From: a virus | Taxonomy: Duplodnaviria > Heunggongvirae > Uroviricota > Caudoviricetes | Reading direction: 5' to 3' (one strand) | IMG/VR virus record: IMGVR_UViG_2645727901_000008 | Length of the DNA stretch: 64,000 bases | Shown here: piece after piece, positions 44,055-54,269 of the stretch | Layout: the number at the start of each line of letters is the position of its first letter | Numbering within the stretch: position 1 is the first letter of the stretch | Position numbers and translations under genes: made by a program | The notes under the pieces: generated by a model | The model's input: the letters and a program-made list of their open reading frames with translations, nothing else | What the model was told of the DNA's origin: nothing | Database searches by the model: none

Positions 44055-47000
44055 TTAGGCCGCATCGGCGATTATTTTACGCAATTCATCTACCGAGTAA
44101 CGCGTAGATACCATCCATGCAGGACGGTCAAAGTTCACATCAGCAACCGGGTTTGCTTCAAAATTCCAGAAACGCCCGCCAATCTTCTTAATCGCGTCTT
44201 TGGCGTTCCGTATTGTCGAGGAACCAGGTTGGTCGGCAATGAGATAAACCGCACCGACGTCCTCGCTGACACTCCACCAGCGCCCGCGAACACGCGCCTT
44301 AGCGCGAATCGGCTTATCATTAACCACAATGATATAGTCATCATTCGCCGCTTCATCAGCTCTGGCTTCAGCCACTGCCGCCTGCTCTTCTCTTTTGCTT
44401 TCAGCCTGTTCAAGCCTTTCCGCGATCTCTGATTCGGTGGCCCCGCCGTTTTTCAGCGATACATAGTCTTGCCACGTTGCTGATTTGAGCGCATCCGGCA
44501 ACTCATTCACATAGTCACCGTCTTTCAACTCACGGGCGCGGCGGGTAGCCATTTCTACCAGGCGATTAACAGAAACAGCATCAGCAAAATCGTCCTTACT
44601 AATGTGTTTTTCATCAAATGCATTGATGACAGCCCCCACCTTAATCCACTGCGCTGCTGGCGAATCCAGAGGATTATCGGCCTGAACAATGGCTAATTTC
44701 GCTCCATCGACACCATTATTAGCCAGCTGCTCCAATGCCGACCAGCCATCGGCATCGCTGAGTGATTTATATTGCTCAAACAATGCATCGCGCCAGGCCA
44801 CCAGCGCAGCTCGTGTTTTCTCAATTTTCGCCGTAATTTTCGCGGCCTTCACCTGATTAAACATCCGTTCAATGTCATCAGTGTTGCTAAAGGCTTTCAT
44901 CCTGCCCTGGAATAAACGGTATGCCACCACGGTCTTCCAGAAAGATTCCAGCCCTTCTCCGGACGGTTTACGGAACAGGCTAAGAATATCTTCAGAAGTA
45001 ACTTTATTAAGTGAGCGACCGGACAAACCACGCCCTGCCATCCAGTTTTCAAACTCCTGGGAAACATCATCCATCGTGGCCTGTGACCCCCATGCCTGCA
45101 TTCCCTGGATGTAATCATATCCATACAATGCCTGGAGGAATCCCTCGCCGTCCACGACATTCAGCGGGTTATCACTGGCTTGTATTTTTGCCACTTCACG
45201 CTTCAGCGCCTCATCGTTGCCATCAGGGTAAATCCACCGCTCAGGCGCTATATCCGATGCTCGCCCGATTTTTTGACCTATTACGCCATCATAAGCCGAT
45301 GACAGTGCAATCTGACCATCATCGGTGCGATAAGCCCAGTATTTAATAGCTGAACCACCGCCCCATACTCTACTAGGCTTCCCGGCAGTGACATTCATTA
45401 CCCCATTGCGAATAGCATCATAGAACTGATCGCGCGTAAGTGTTGTTGATAGCTGGTGGCATTGAACACCACGTGCAGCTGTTTCACGCGATTCTGCAAC
45501 TCCCTCTTCAAAGGTTACCGATTCAATTATCAGGTTAAAGGGCAAAAATAATGCCGTCCCCGGAGAACGAGAGTAACGACTAGCCACATCCAGCCAGGAT
45601 ATGCGGCACGTACACCCGCCCCTTTCCGCATCAATGGCGGTAACACGAACAATTGCTGTCGTATTGTGATTCTCATCGATGATCGCGCGATAATGGCTGC
45701 CCTTGTGCAACAAGATATTTTTCTCAGTGCGTACATACTCCTGTGGGTTCTGCAATACATCGGCATCAAGCTCCAGAACCCCGGCTTTAATCGCACGTTC
45801 CAGATCACCACGAGAACGTTTCATAACGGTGTCAGCGTCTTTAGCTCTGGTGATCGCAAAGCGTAGCTCCCGCACACGTTTTCTGTAGTCTCGCAACTGT
45901 TCCAGAACATATTTCTGCCCGTTCCTGTTCGTCCCCGCTTTAATCAGGTCGTCAAGATTGCGCTGGTAATGCTCTACCTGCTCCATCGCGCTTTTCAGTT
46001 CTGTCTCCATCATGCCGATATCTTTCCCGGCAGCATTCGCCGCTTTCAGGTAGTTATCGAGAGCATTATTGGCTTCGCGTAGGGCTTTCAGTTTCAGACG
46101 TTCTTCACGCTCTTGCGCCTGACGACTCATGATTGCACGGCGTTCTTCCGGATTTGCCGCCAGCATAATGGCGCGTTCATCTGCGTCATCCGCATCACCA
46201 TTGGCGATCTCTGACATGTCGGAGGTCATCACCATATTGATCCAGTCCTTCTTACGTTTCAGCGTATCCAGACGGAAGTCATCAAATGTGCCTTTGCCAC
46301 AATAGTAGTGAACATTGACCTTTTCTTGTGGTGAGCCTACCCGAGCGCCGCGCCCATTACGTTGGTCGATACTGGCAGGAGTCCAGGGTAGTGTCAGATG
46401 GTGGATATCGGTTGTCCCGATGTGCAAGTTAATACCTACTTCAGCCTTCTTGTTACAGATTATGATGCGCGTGCGACCTTCGTTATAGTCGGCGGCAATA
46501 CCTTCCATGCCCTCAAGGCCAGCATCATTTTTAGCTGAGAGATAATCCTCATATTGGGCAAGTTTGCTGTAGTAGGTTTCCCATGCACCTTCTTTGTATT
46601 CACCGTTTTTATTTGGCGTAGGTTCAGTCGGCTTATTCACCTTCTTCAGCTTGACGCCGCCAGCCTGGCTAACTGTCGTCGCATTGATAATGCCTATCTC
46701 CTGCTCCGGCATTTGCAGTGCACTGGCAATAATACGGCGCAGCTTCTGGTGCTGGGCTTTTTCATCAATGAAGACGATTTGTTTACCGTTCTTCAGACCT
46801 TCACGAAGGTTTTCGATCAGCGCGGCATACTTCGGCGGGATGGGGTGTGATACCTGCTGCATATCAATACCGGCAGCCGCAATGGCCTTCAGTATTTCAG
46901 CTTCCAGTTCAATGCCAGCACGTATTTCAACATGCGACGGATGTTCGCTAAAGGTGGTCTTCACTACCTTGCTGGCACGCGTACTGACCAGCCCACCAGC

Positions 47001-50000
47001 GCCATCTTCTTCGGCCTCGTCTACATCATCTGCCACTTTACCGCCAGCTACTTTTGGCAGGGCATCAGCAATAGCTTTTACCTTGTCTGCAAGCTCAACG
47101 GGGAACTGGAATGTAATCGCACTGGCATACAGATCAGGATCTATAGCAACCTTATCCATGTCGCGGATGATGGAGAAGATGAAATCATCCGGTTTTTCGT
47201 TTGTGATATGCCCGTTTTCATCGACCGTCAGCGCATCTTTACTACTTAACTCCTGTGCACGCTTACGAAGTTCTTCGTAAATGGCCTCTTGCTCTCCTGT
47301 CATCGGGATCTGCAAGGTATTCTCGACAATATCAGGGATTTTTACCGTCGCCCCGACGTCCGCAGCAGTCTTCAGAGTAGTCCAGCGATGGAAAATACCA
47401 CGCAGACCATCCAGGTTCTGGAAGCCCACCAGTCCCTGCTTCTCTTCCACCTCACCGGAAATTTTCTGAACCTGAACTGTGGCTGTTTTACCGAACACGC
47501 GAACGAAATCATCCGGCGTAACAATACCCATGCGCATCCACTCTTCCTGCGGAATGACAGTAGACAGCATGTTGAAAGCATCAATCGGGCTGTTCACCAG
47601 CGGTGTTGCCGTCAGCATAACCACACCACGCCCGTTGTTGCGTTTCATCATGTACGCAGCTTTTACAGCCATGTCGCGGGCCATTTTGGATACTGCCGGG
47701 TTAGGCAAATATGCCAGTTGCCCCGCTTCGCGCCCGGCGCTAAAGGAGTTGCGGTAGTTATGCCCTTCGTCGGCAATTACGCTATCGAAGTTCATATCCT
47801 CAAAGTACGGGATATTCTGCTTCTTCGTTGTACCGGTATTTGCGGCCTGGTCCTTAATCTTGTTCTTCTTCTGCGCGTCACGGTGTTTGCCAGATGCCAG
47901 GTCAAGACGCCCCATTTCCACAGCATTAAAGACCGCTTGCTGTGAGTTTTCCTCAATGGTTTCTTCTCGTAGCGGGATAGACGCGAATTGCTCTTTTGTC
48001 ATGATGACCGTTCGCCAATTTGACGACGGGATCATGTTCATGCGCTGAACGATAACGGCGCTGGCGGACTCTTTCACAACATTTCTGGTAAGAGCCTGCC
48101 CGTTACTGTCGAGGCGTGGTTCGCCATTTTCATCAAGCACCGGCGCGGTCAGAATATTTCCGCTGTCATCACGAACTTCATCCAAACCGATAAACATCAT
48201 ATTGGCGAAGGCATCAGAACTGTAGAAACTCTGTGCCTCGTGATACCAGTTCTGATAAACCGCCTTCGGAACAACAATACACGTGCGTTTAGTGCGACCT
48301 GTTTCGAAGTTATACGCCTCAAGCGCAAGCGCGGTCGTGGTTTTACCCAGCCCGGTGCCAAATCCCATGATGCCGCGCCCATCTTCTGATAAGCGACGAA
48401 CTTCTTCATTCTGATAAGTCAGAGGAATGCGCTTCCCACTAATCCCCTCCAGGCCAAGCGGTGCGTCAGAATGCGTAAACGGGATGAAGCCATTAAATGC
48501 GTCGTTATAGTCGCGGGCTATCTGATCAGCCTGCGGGTGAGTGCGTAACCAGTCGTTGAAGCTAATTTCCAGTTGAGCAATCTTATCCAGGTACTCGTTA
48601 GCGTTCTGCCCACGCGGTTTAATGCCGTTCAGGTAGTTTTCTAACTGGTTCAGGAAGCCGTCTTTATTGTTGGCCTTCTTGAACTCATTCCCGTTTTTGC
48701 CGTTTACGGTTCGTAGTTGATAGCCAGTAAATACCCCGTCCTTACCTTCGTAATCGTCCGGAGATACCAGAATGCCGTCCTCAACCTTAAGGTCGGGTTC
48801 TGTATACTTAAACTCGTCATAGCCCTGCTCTGCCAGGAACTCTTTTATCAAGCGGCGATCCAGCCAGCGGGCGTTCAGATTAACGGTGACTTTATTTAGT
48901 GGCGTGAAAATGCGTTTCTCTTCGATTTTCGCCAACTGACGCTCAAAGTTCGCTTTCTGCTCACCTGTTGACGCATCACGCCAGCCCACCAGCAATGCTG
49001 TTTTGGTTGCAATATCGCCGCTGGTGGCGCGGTCCATCGGCAGCAGGCAGCCATACCCATCAATAGCGATATCATCAAATTTCGCCAGGTATTCCAGAGC
49101 AGCATCGTCGTCTCCTGGCAGTTCGCCAGCAAACGCCTCACGAAAATCGTCCAGTGTGATTGGATTAAGTGCCACGTCACTGAAAAGGTGGGTTACAACT
49201 TGTTCCGGGCGTGTAAAGTCAATACCGGCAGCACCATCCGTTACATCAAGTCGTCCAGCAAGGAGGTCAGAAGCAGAGCCGTCCTGTTTCACGTTGCCAG
49301 TGAAAGTCATCCAGTTTTTAGCGCCAGCTTCAGCAATCCCATTCAGCTTAATCGCGTGCGGCGGACCATACTTCGCAATTTCGGCTTCCGCCAGGCGCGC
49401 GGCATCAGCAAGTACATCATCAACATTTTCCCCCAGATTACGCTTATCAAGCGCCTTGTTGATCAACTGCCCTATCAGTGCGCCGCGCATAACGCGTTCT
49501 CTGTCTTTTTCTCTCTGCTTGCCAGCAAAGCGAATCATTGCCGCTACTTCATCACTGATAACCGATGGATAGTCGGACGCGATCGCCGATATCTGGTCCC
49601 ATGACAACGCCAGAATGCCATTTGTTGACTGAAACGCGATCTGCAGATCACCAAACGTCGTAACACCATATCGATTTACATCAAGCGCGGAGGATTTGGT
49701 TGTCGCGTCCTTGACCCATTTCAGACCATCAAACTCATGCCAGATGCCGCCTACAAGGCGTTTATCGCCCACTTTCGCGCCCTGCCATGCCTGAGTAGTT
49801 ACGCCAAGCAAATCCCAATTAATGCGGCTTTCAAAGCGGCGCGATAGAGCGGTTTTCATCGACTCATTGGATACACGACCGTCCTTTTTCACCACCAGGG
49901 TATTGCGGAAGCTGGTACGCTCCATATCGCCGTAAACAAATCGCTTCCCTTCGGTTGTAAACCATTTTCCTTTGAGGAAGGTATCCCAAAGGACGTTTGC

Positions 50001-50894
50001 CGATTTGAGCGTTGCATCATCCGTGTCGGGGATCATCTCCAGGAAGGTTTCCGGGTGTTTACGCAATACCCATACGTCCACCACGGTATCTGTACCGGAT
50101 TCGCTGAACGTACCAGAAGGCATACGATGTGCGCCCAAAAATTCCGCTTTACGGCTGACTTTATCGCGCAATTTTTTGTATTTCGTACCATCGGTCATGC
50201 CATTCGGCACCACCAATACAATTAGTCCACCAGGTTTAACCTTGTCGATCGTGCGCAACACAAAGTAATTGCCAACGTTCTTCTCGTTTGCATATGCCGG
50301 ATCAAGCCCGGCAACGCCGGAACGCCCTTCACCAAACGGTACGTTACCAACAGCGTGGTCATACATTGCGTCTTTCGCCGCCAGCGCCTCAAACGCCCCG
50401 ATATTCACATCGTCTTCCGGGTGCAAAAGCTGGTTTATTCGACCGGAAATCGGAGACAGTTCGGCGCTGGTCATTATCATGCCCTGCCGTTTTGTCTCCT
50501 GGAAAATACCTGTGCCCGCTGATGGTTCCAGTACGTGCCCACCATCAATACCGTAGTCAGCAAACAGATCCCATATACCTTCAGCCATAAACTGTGGCGT
50601 GTAGTATTCGTATTGGCTGCCCTCACCATCTGTCAGGCCGCCTTCACCGGTATACCCGGCAAGAATCTGACGTTGTTCGTCAGTTAATTTCGCCCCATCG
50701 AAGCCGGGCGGAAGGGAATTAAGAAGATTTACTGCGGCATTGTTTGCTGCCCGGCGTGTTTTCTGAATACTGACGCCATCGGCTTTCCTGACGCCAAAGG
50801 TCGCAACAGCACGTAATTTATGCAACCGACTAACAATTTCAATCAGTTCGCCTAAGCTGGAGGCTTCACTGATTGAATGAAGTAGTTTGTCCAA
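44055..50894 (-). CDS. darB: DarB-like giant antirestriction protein (N6-adenine methyltransferase domain plus SF2 helicase domain)
   Basis: 2279 aa. MTase motif I VLEPSAGTGIF and motif IV GNVPFGEG. Helicase Walker A GFGTGLGKTT, DEGH box and a C-terminal helicase lobe. TTG start with GAGGGGGA RBS. Confidence 0.75.
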   Translation of the reverse strand: MDKLLHSISEASSLGELIEIVSRLHKLRAVATFGVRKADGVSIQKTRRAANNAAVNLLNSLPPGFDGAKLTDEQRQILAGYTGEGGLTDGEGSQYEYYTPQFMAEGIWDLFADYGIDGGHVLEPSAGTGIFQETKRQGMIMTSAELSPISGRINQLLHPEDDVNIGAFEALAAKDAMYDHAVGNVPFGEGRSGVAGLDPAYANEKNVGNYFVLRTIDKVKPGGLIVLVVPNGMTDGTKYKKLRDKVSRKAEFLGAHRMPSGTFSESGTDTVVDVWVLRKHPETFLEMIPDTDDATLKSANVLWDTFLKGKWFTTEGKRFVYGDMERTSFRNTLVVKKDGRVSNESMKTALSRRFESRINWDLLGVTTQAWQGAKVGDKRLVGGIWHEFDGLKWVKDATTKSSALDVNRYGVTTFGDLQIAFQSTNGILALSWDQISAIASDYPSVISDEVAAMIRFAGKQREKDRERVMRGALIGQLINKALDKRNLGENVDDVLADAARLAEAEIAKYGPPHAIKLNGIAEAGAKNWMTFTGNVKQDGSASDLLAGRLDVTDGAAGIDFTRPEQVVTHLFSDVALNPITLDDFREAFAGELPGDDDAALEYLAKFDDIAIDGYGCLLPMDRATSGDIATKTALLVGWRDASTGEQKANFERQLAKIEEKRIFTPLNKVTVNLNARWLDRRLIKEFLAEQGYDEFKYTEPDLKVEDGILVSPDDYEGKDGVFTGYQLRTVNGKNGNEFKKANNKDGFLNQLENYLNGIKPRGQNANEYLDKIAQLEISFNDWLRTHPQADQIARDYNDAFNGFIPFTHSDAPLGLEGISGKRIPLTYQNEEVRRLSEDGRGIMGFGTGLGKTTTALALEAYNFETGRTKRTCIVVPKAVYQNWYHEAQSFYSSDAFANMMFIGLDEVRDDSGNILTAPVLDENGEPRLDSNGQALTRNVVKESASAVIVQRMNMIPSSNWRTVIMTKEQFASIPLREETIEENSQQAVFNAVEMGRLDLASGKHRDAQKKNKIKDQAANTGTTKKQNIPYFEDMNFDSVIADEGHNYRNSFSAGREAGQLAYLPNPAVSKMARDMAVKAAYMMKRNNGRGVVMLTATPLVNSPIDAFNMLSTVIPQEEWMRMGIVTPDDFVRVFGKTATVQVQKISGEVEEKQGLVGFQNLDGLRGIFHRWTTLKTAADVGATVKIPDIVENTLQIPMTGEQEAIYEELRKRAQELSSKDALTVDENGHITNEKPDDFIFSIIRDMDKVAIDPDLYASAITFQFPVELADKVKAIADALPKVAGGKVADDVDEAEEDGAGGLVSTRASKVVKTTFSEHPSHVEIRAGIELEAEILKAIAAAGIDMQQVSHPIPPKYAALIENLREGLKNGKQIVFIDEKAQHQKLRRIIASALQMPEQEIGIINATTVSQAGGVKLKKVNKPTEPTPNKNGEYKEGAWETYYSKLAQYEDYLSAKNDAGLEGMEGIAADYNEGRTRIIICNKKAEVGINLHIGTTDIHHLTLPWTPASIDQRNGRGARVGSPQEKVNVHYYCGKGTFDDFRLDTLKRKKDWINMVMTSDMSEIANGDADDADERAIMLAANPEERRAIMSRQAQEREERLKLKALREANNALDNYLKAANAAGKDIGMMETELKSAMEQVEHYQRNLDDLIKAGTNRNGQKYVLEQLRDYRKRVRELRFAITRAKDADTVMKRSRGDLERAIKAGVLELDADVLQNPQEYVRTEKNILLHKGSHYRAIIDENHNTTAIVRVTAIDAERGGCTCRISWLDVASRYSRSPGTALFLPFNLIIESVTFEEGVAESRETAARGVQCHQLSTTLTRDQFYDAIRNGVMNVTAGKPSRVWGGGSAIKYWAYRTDDGQIALSSAYDGVIGQKIGRASDIAPERWIYPDGNDEALKREVAKIQASDNPLNVVDGEGFLQALYGYDYIQGMQAWGSQATMDDVSQEFENWMAGRGLSGRSLNKVTSEDILSLFRKPSGEGLESFWKTVVAYRLFQGRMKAFSNTDDIERMFNQVKAAKITAKIEKTRAALVAWRDALFEQYKSLSDADGWSALEQLANNGVDGAKLAIVQADNPLDSPAAQWIKVGAVINAFDEKHISKDDFADAVSVNRLVEMATRRARELKDGDYVNELPDALKSATWQDYVSLKNGGATESEIAERLEQAESKREEQAAVAEARADEAANDDYIIVVNDKPIRAKARVRGRWWSVSEDVGAVYLIADQPGSSTIRNAKDAIKKIGGRFWNFEANPVADVNFDRPAWMVSTRYSVDELRKIIADAA

Positions 50895-51045
50895 AGGATT
50901 TCCCCCTCTAAACCGTAAAAAATTCCGCTATGCGGTACGGTTGAGAGGGTATGGAGAATGTTATTTTCAGGGGGACGATACTACCGTCAAAATCACATAC
51001 TCCCCATAGTTTGCCTACTTATTAACCCATGACCGGGAGAAAAAT

Positions 51046-51531
51046 ATGGCAAACATTGAACCTCGCTGGCTAATTGAAGCCCGTAAGCACATTGGCCTGA
51101 CTGAAATAAAAGGCGCTAAACACAACCCTGAAATCGTTCAGTTCTGGCGCGACATCAAGCGCGGCGGAATTAAAGACGATGAAACGCCGTGGTGCGCAGC
51201 ATTTGTCGGTGCAATGCTGGAACGTGTAGGCATCCGCTCAACAAGATTTGAGTCGGCAAAATCCTATCTGGATTGGGGCGAGAAATTAGATACACCGGCA
51301 TACGGATGTATCGTTGTATTTACCCGCGTAGGCGGTGGGCACGTAGGCTTCGTTGTCGGACGCCGTGCCAATGGCGATCTGCTTGTCCTGGGTGGGAACC
51401 AGGGGGATGCTGTTAATATTCGCGCATTCCCAACATCAAGAGTGTCTGGCTATCGCTGGCCTGCTGGCGAACCACGCAATACCGCTCTGTTACCAGTCGG
51501 AGACGCAGCAACCTCAACTAATGAGGCATGA
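51046..51531 (+). CDS. NlpC/P60-like (TIGR02594-type) cell-wall hydrolase domain protein
   Basis: Cys/His pair context TPWCAAFVGAM ... GGGHVGFVVG. Confidence 0.45.
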   Translation: MANIEPRWLIEARKHIGLTEIKGAKHNPEIVQFWRDIKRGGIKDDETPWCAAFVGAMLERVGIRSTRFESAKSYLDWGEKLDTPAYGCIVVFTRVGGGHVGFVVGRRANGDLLVLGGNQGDAVNIRAFPTSRVSGYRWPAGEPRNTALLPVGDAATSTNEA

Positions 51532-51556
51532 AAAAAGCCCCGGCCAGGCCGGGGCA
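51531..51556 (-). terminator. rho-independent terminator (GCCCCGGCCAGGCCGGGGC plus TTTTTT on minus strand) after the split Rha module
   Basis: Read from the sequence. Paralogous to the hairpin at 13587..13605. Confidence 0.6.
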
Positions 51557-51563
51557 TCACGCT

Positions 51564-51764
51564 TCAATTCACGATCCAATCATTACCGACTATATCAGCC
51601 GTCGATAAATCAACTTCCCGGATCTGGAGTCCATTAATACAAAACCATCCGGTAGTAGAGTAATTATCAGGCCAGGCCCATACACCAACACTCCATGCTT
51701 TACGGCGGCACACTTCAGCCTGTCCTTCCCTGATTTTTTTTACCGCCTGCATGATGTCCATCAC
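51564..51764 (-). CDS. small protein equivalent to the C-terminal extension of the fused Rha protein (copy 2, split form)
   Basis: EVCRRKAWSVGVWAWP...DIVGNDWIVN matches the C-terminus of the 13615..14541 product. Own strong RBS GGGGAGGTGA. Confidence 0.55.
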   Translation of the reverse strand: MMDIMQAVKKIREGQAEVCRRKAWSVGVWAWPDNYSTTGWFCINGLQIREVDLSTADIVGNDWIVN

Positions 51765-52468
51765 TCACCTCCCCAACCGATCACCTGGAATTGCCCCATT
51801 TTGGGGTGATACCAGCGTTTTCCTCGGTGTTCAGCCTCCGACATCATCCGGTTAAAAGCATTCATGAAGGGAGATAAGGCCACGATGGAACGACGCGACA
51901 ATACCCCCTCTGGAGTTAAAAACTCATGTGTATCGGTGGGGATCCGGTAAGCGTTAACCAGGTTGCGACATTTGGCTTCGGTCAGGCCGCATTTTGCCGC
52001 CAGCTGGCGGTAGCCAATGTAACCTTCCGGCATGTTGCCCTTCTTGATTTGCTCGACGGTTTCTACCACCTGGCTAACCTTTGACTCAACAACATGAAGC
52101 CGCTTTTGCTGCTGAACTGCATTTGCAGCCATTGCGGCGATCATCTCTATTTCGGTCAACGGCTGGCGTGCTTGTTCTTCCAGTTCGCGCCAGCGGTCCA
52201 CCAGCCGGGCGGTGAATTCGGGAGAGAGCTGCGCGACGACGATAATGCTATCGCGCTTGCCTTGCTCGCCTTCGAAGACGTAAGCCTCAACACTACGTCG
52301 TAGTCCTAAGTTATTGATTTTTTCGAAAACCTCAATTTGAGGACGAACAATAACGCCACCTTTGTCTAATGTCTCAATAGTGCGTTTCACATTGTCATGA
52401 CGTTTTCCCACCAGCTCCGCGATCTCAATGCTGGTCATTGATGGCTTTTCGAGAATGCAGATATCCAT
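51761..52468 (-). CDS. Rha-family phage regulatory/antirepressor protein (copy 2)
   Basis: MTSIEIAELVGKRHDNVKRTIE... Long stretches about 90% identical at nucleotide level to copy 1. Confidence 0.7.
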   Translation of the reverse strand: MDICILEKPSMTSIEIAELVGKRHDNVKRTIETLDKGGVIVRPQIEVFEKINNLGLRRSVEAYVFEGEQGKRDSIIVVAQLSPEFTARLVDRWRELEEQARQPLTEIEMIAAMAANAVQQQKRLHVVESKVSQVVETVEQIKKGNMPEGYIGYRQLAAKCGLTEAKCRNLVNAYRIPTDTHEFLTPEGVLSRRSIVALSPFMNAFNRMMSEAEHRGKRWYHPKMGQFQVIGWGGE

Positions 52469-52692
52469 CAGTGAGCCTCCGCAATGCCGGGATTGGTAAT
52501 ATTGCGATACCAGGGATTGGTGTTTGGTTGTGGGGAAGTGGAGAAACGACCAGTGAGAACGCCATACTGATCAGGGATCAGAGAACGGGCTTCTTTTTCA
52601 GTTGCGGCAATTGCGAAGTGATCGCAGTGTTTTTGCAGGGAGTGAAAACGCCAGATGAATTCTGGACGTGAGCAAGGATTGGCATTAACCAT
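52468..52692 (-). CDS. small protein (74 aa), paralog of 14541..14756
   Basis: PEFIWRFHSLQKH...AIAATEKEARS shared motifs. ATGA coupling. Confidence 0.5.
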   Translation of the reverse strand: MVNANPCSRPEFIWRFHSLQKHCDHFAIAATEKEARSLIPDQYGVLTGRFSTSPQPNTNPWYRNITNPGIAEAH

Positions 52693-53036
52693 AGTTACGG
52701 CCTCACTAACAGGTTTAACAACCTGCTACCCGCTGCTAAACAGGTGGCAGGACGTGACGGGGTTAGCAGACTGGCGTTAGTGAAACCAGCAGGCCGAAGC
52801 CTCCCCATCACGCCCCACCATAATTTGGGCGTAACGCGGTTTTACGGACACAAAAATACCGCAATATCGGATATCTGCGGTTGTCCGCACTAACATTCAG
52901 GCTGCTAAACCCGGTCGCAGAATTTGCTACGACGACATGAATATAAGCCTGAAAACATGGAAGATCAACTAAAAATTTCAGCAATAGATGACTTCAGTCG
53001 ATGATGCAGATCATACATTCCGATTTAGAAACGGCA

Positions 53037-53052
53037 AATTAATTTTCTAACA
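53037..53052. promoter_or_regulatory. motif AATTAATTTTCTAACA
   Basis: Motif family member. Confidence 0.45.
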
Positions 53053-53106
53053 CAAAATGTCGAGCGAGCATTTTCCGATCATTGGGATGTTTTGTAGACG
53101 CACAGG

Positions 53107-54069
53107 TCACCCCCTAAAGCCAGCCGGGATTGACCAATCCTCACGGTCAAATTCAGACCGATAGCCACGCTGTTTCATCAGGTCAAAGGCTTCACCAATG
53201 GTTGCACACCCCTGGGAGCCAGAATAATCCATTGAGAAATCCAGGGCACTGGATTGTTTAGGCTTATTCACTGCGGTAGCGGCACTACGTATCCATGCAA
53301 ATTTTTTTGCCAGCTTTTCAGCGGTACGATACAGAGCCTGCCGTTTTGTGTGCCCCTCGTCTGAACGACGCTTTGCAGCTCTCGCTTTTGCCGCCGCCAG
53401 GCAGTGGTTGGTCTGTTCTTCCCTGATTACTGTTTTTTTATCCAGCACCCCGTTATCCGTTTGAGAACTATCTGCTGGTGAAGCCTTTGGCTGAACCGCG
53501 CATGATCTTTCTCTTCTTTTGGCTATAGAGTGACTCTTATTTTCTATTGGCTGTTCATTTTGAACATGGGGGGACTTGTTCAATTTGAACAGGGGGTTCC
53601 CAGTTTCAAAAAAATAACGAACCTTTGAAATCAACTGCTTAACCAGTTTTGTGGCGTTGGCAAATTTGATGCCCTGCTTACCCCCTATCTCCATTGCTAC
53701 ATGAATGAAGTGGAGAAATTGTGTCGTAAACCGATATACGTTACACACCTGGGCATTGTTATTCGCTACCTGATGTTGCTTAACAAGCATTCCGCACTTC
53801 GTCGCTTCAGCAAATGCCCGGCGTACAGTAGAAATACTGCGTCCTGTAATCTCGGACATATCAGCATATGAGCGACGGATCATGTATTCATCGGTAGACC
53901 CTGCCAGGTTGGCGAACTCGGCAATAATGGCGCTATGTGAAGGGGAAAGAAGACCGCTATGACGAGCAAAAAAACTCAACTGATGACCTTTGATTTTTTT
54001 GTGGTATTCAGTGTTGTTTTTATACTCAGAAGTGTTGAAAGTTACTGAAACTGAATTTAAAATATTCAT
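53107..54069 (-). CDS. putative DNA-binding protein with a central HTH (possible replication-initiator/regulator)
   Basis: HTH-like MSEITGRSISTVRRAFAEATKCGMLVKQ. Basic C-terminal region. Stand-alone transcription unit between two terminators. Confidence 0.35.
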   Translation of the reverse strand: MNILNSVSVTFNTSEYKNNTEYHKKIKGHQLSFFARHSGLLSPSHSAIIAEFANLAGSTDEYMIRRSYADMSEITGRSISTVRRAFAEATKCGMLVKQHQVANNNAQVCNVYRFTTQFLHFIHVAMEIGGKQGIKFANATKLVKQLISKVRYFFETGNPLFKLNKSPHVQNEQPIENKSHSIAKRRERSCAVQPKASPADSSQTDNGVLDKKTVIREEQTNHCLAAAKARAAKRRSDEGHTKRQALYRTAEKLAKKFAWIRSAATAVNKPKQSSALDFSMDYSGSQGCATIGEAFDLMKQRGYRSEFDREDWSIPAGFRG

Positions 54070-54129
54070 CAGATAGTTCCGTGCAAAAATCTATCTACCG
54101 TATAAATCTATGCCAGTGGATTTATACAC

Positions 54130-54168
54130 CAAAAAGCCGCTTCTCAGCGGCTTTTGCTTTTTTTGGCA
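54130..54168. terminator. bidirectional terminator GCCGCTTCTCAGCGGC flanked by A-run and T-run
   Basis: Read from the sequence. Confidence 0.6.
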
Positions 54169-54242
54169 GTCGCTACCGGAGCAGTGACCGCGATCCTACT
54201 CAATCACATCGGACAGGATCAACAGTGTATATAAATACACTA

Positions 54243-54257
54243 TGTTAGAAATTTAAT
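54243..54257. promoter_or_regulatory. motif TGTTAGAAATTTAAT
   Basis: Motif family member. Confidence 0.45.
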
Positions 54258-54269
54258 TTCATGCAGCGG

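Larger units (their letters stand above)
51530..52700 (-). repeat. copy 2 of the dispersed direct repeat
   Basis: See copy 1. Confidence 0.7.

Noticed and set aside
44135-49604. Multiple 60-230-aa ORFs on both strands inside the darB-like gene
   Set aside because: They are fully embedded in a 6.8-kb ORF with coherent MTase-helicase domain content and have no RBS signals. They are shadow ORFs.
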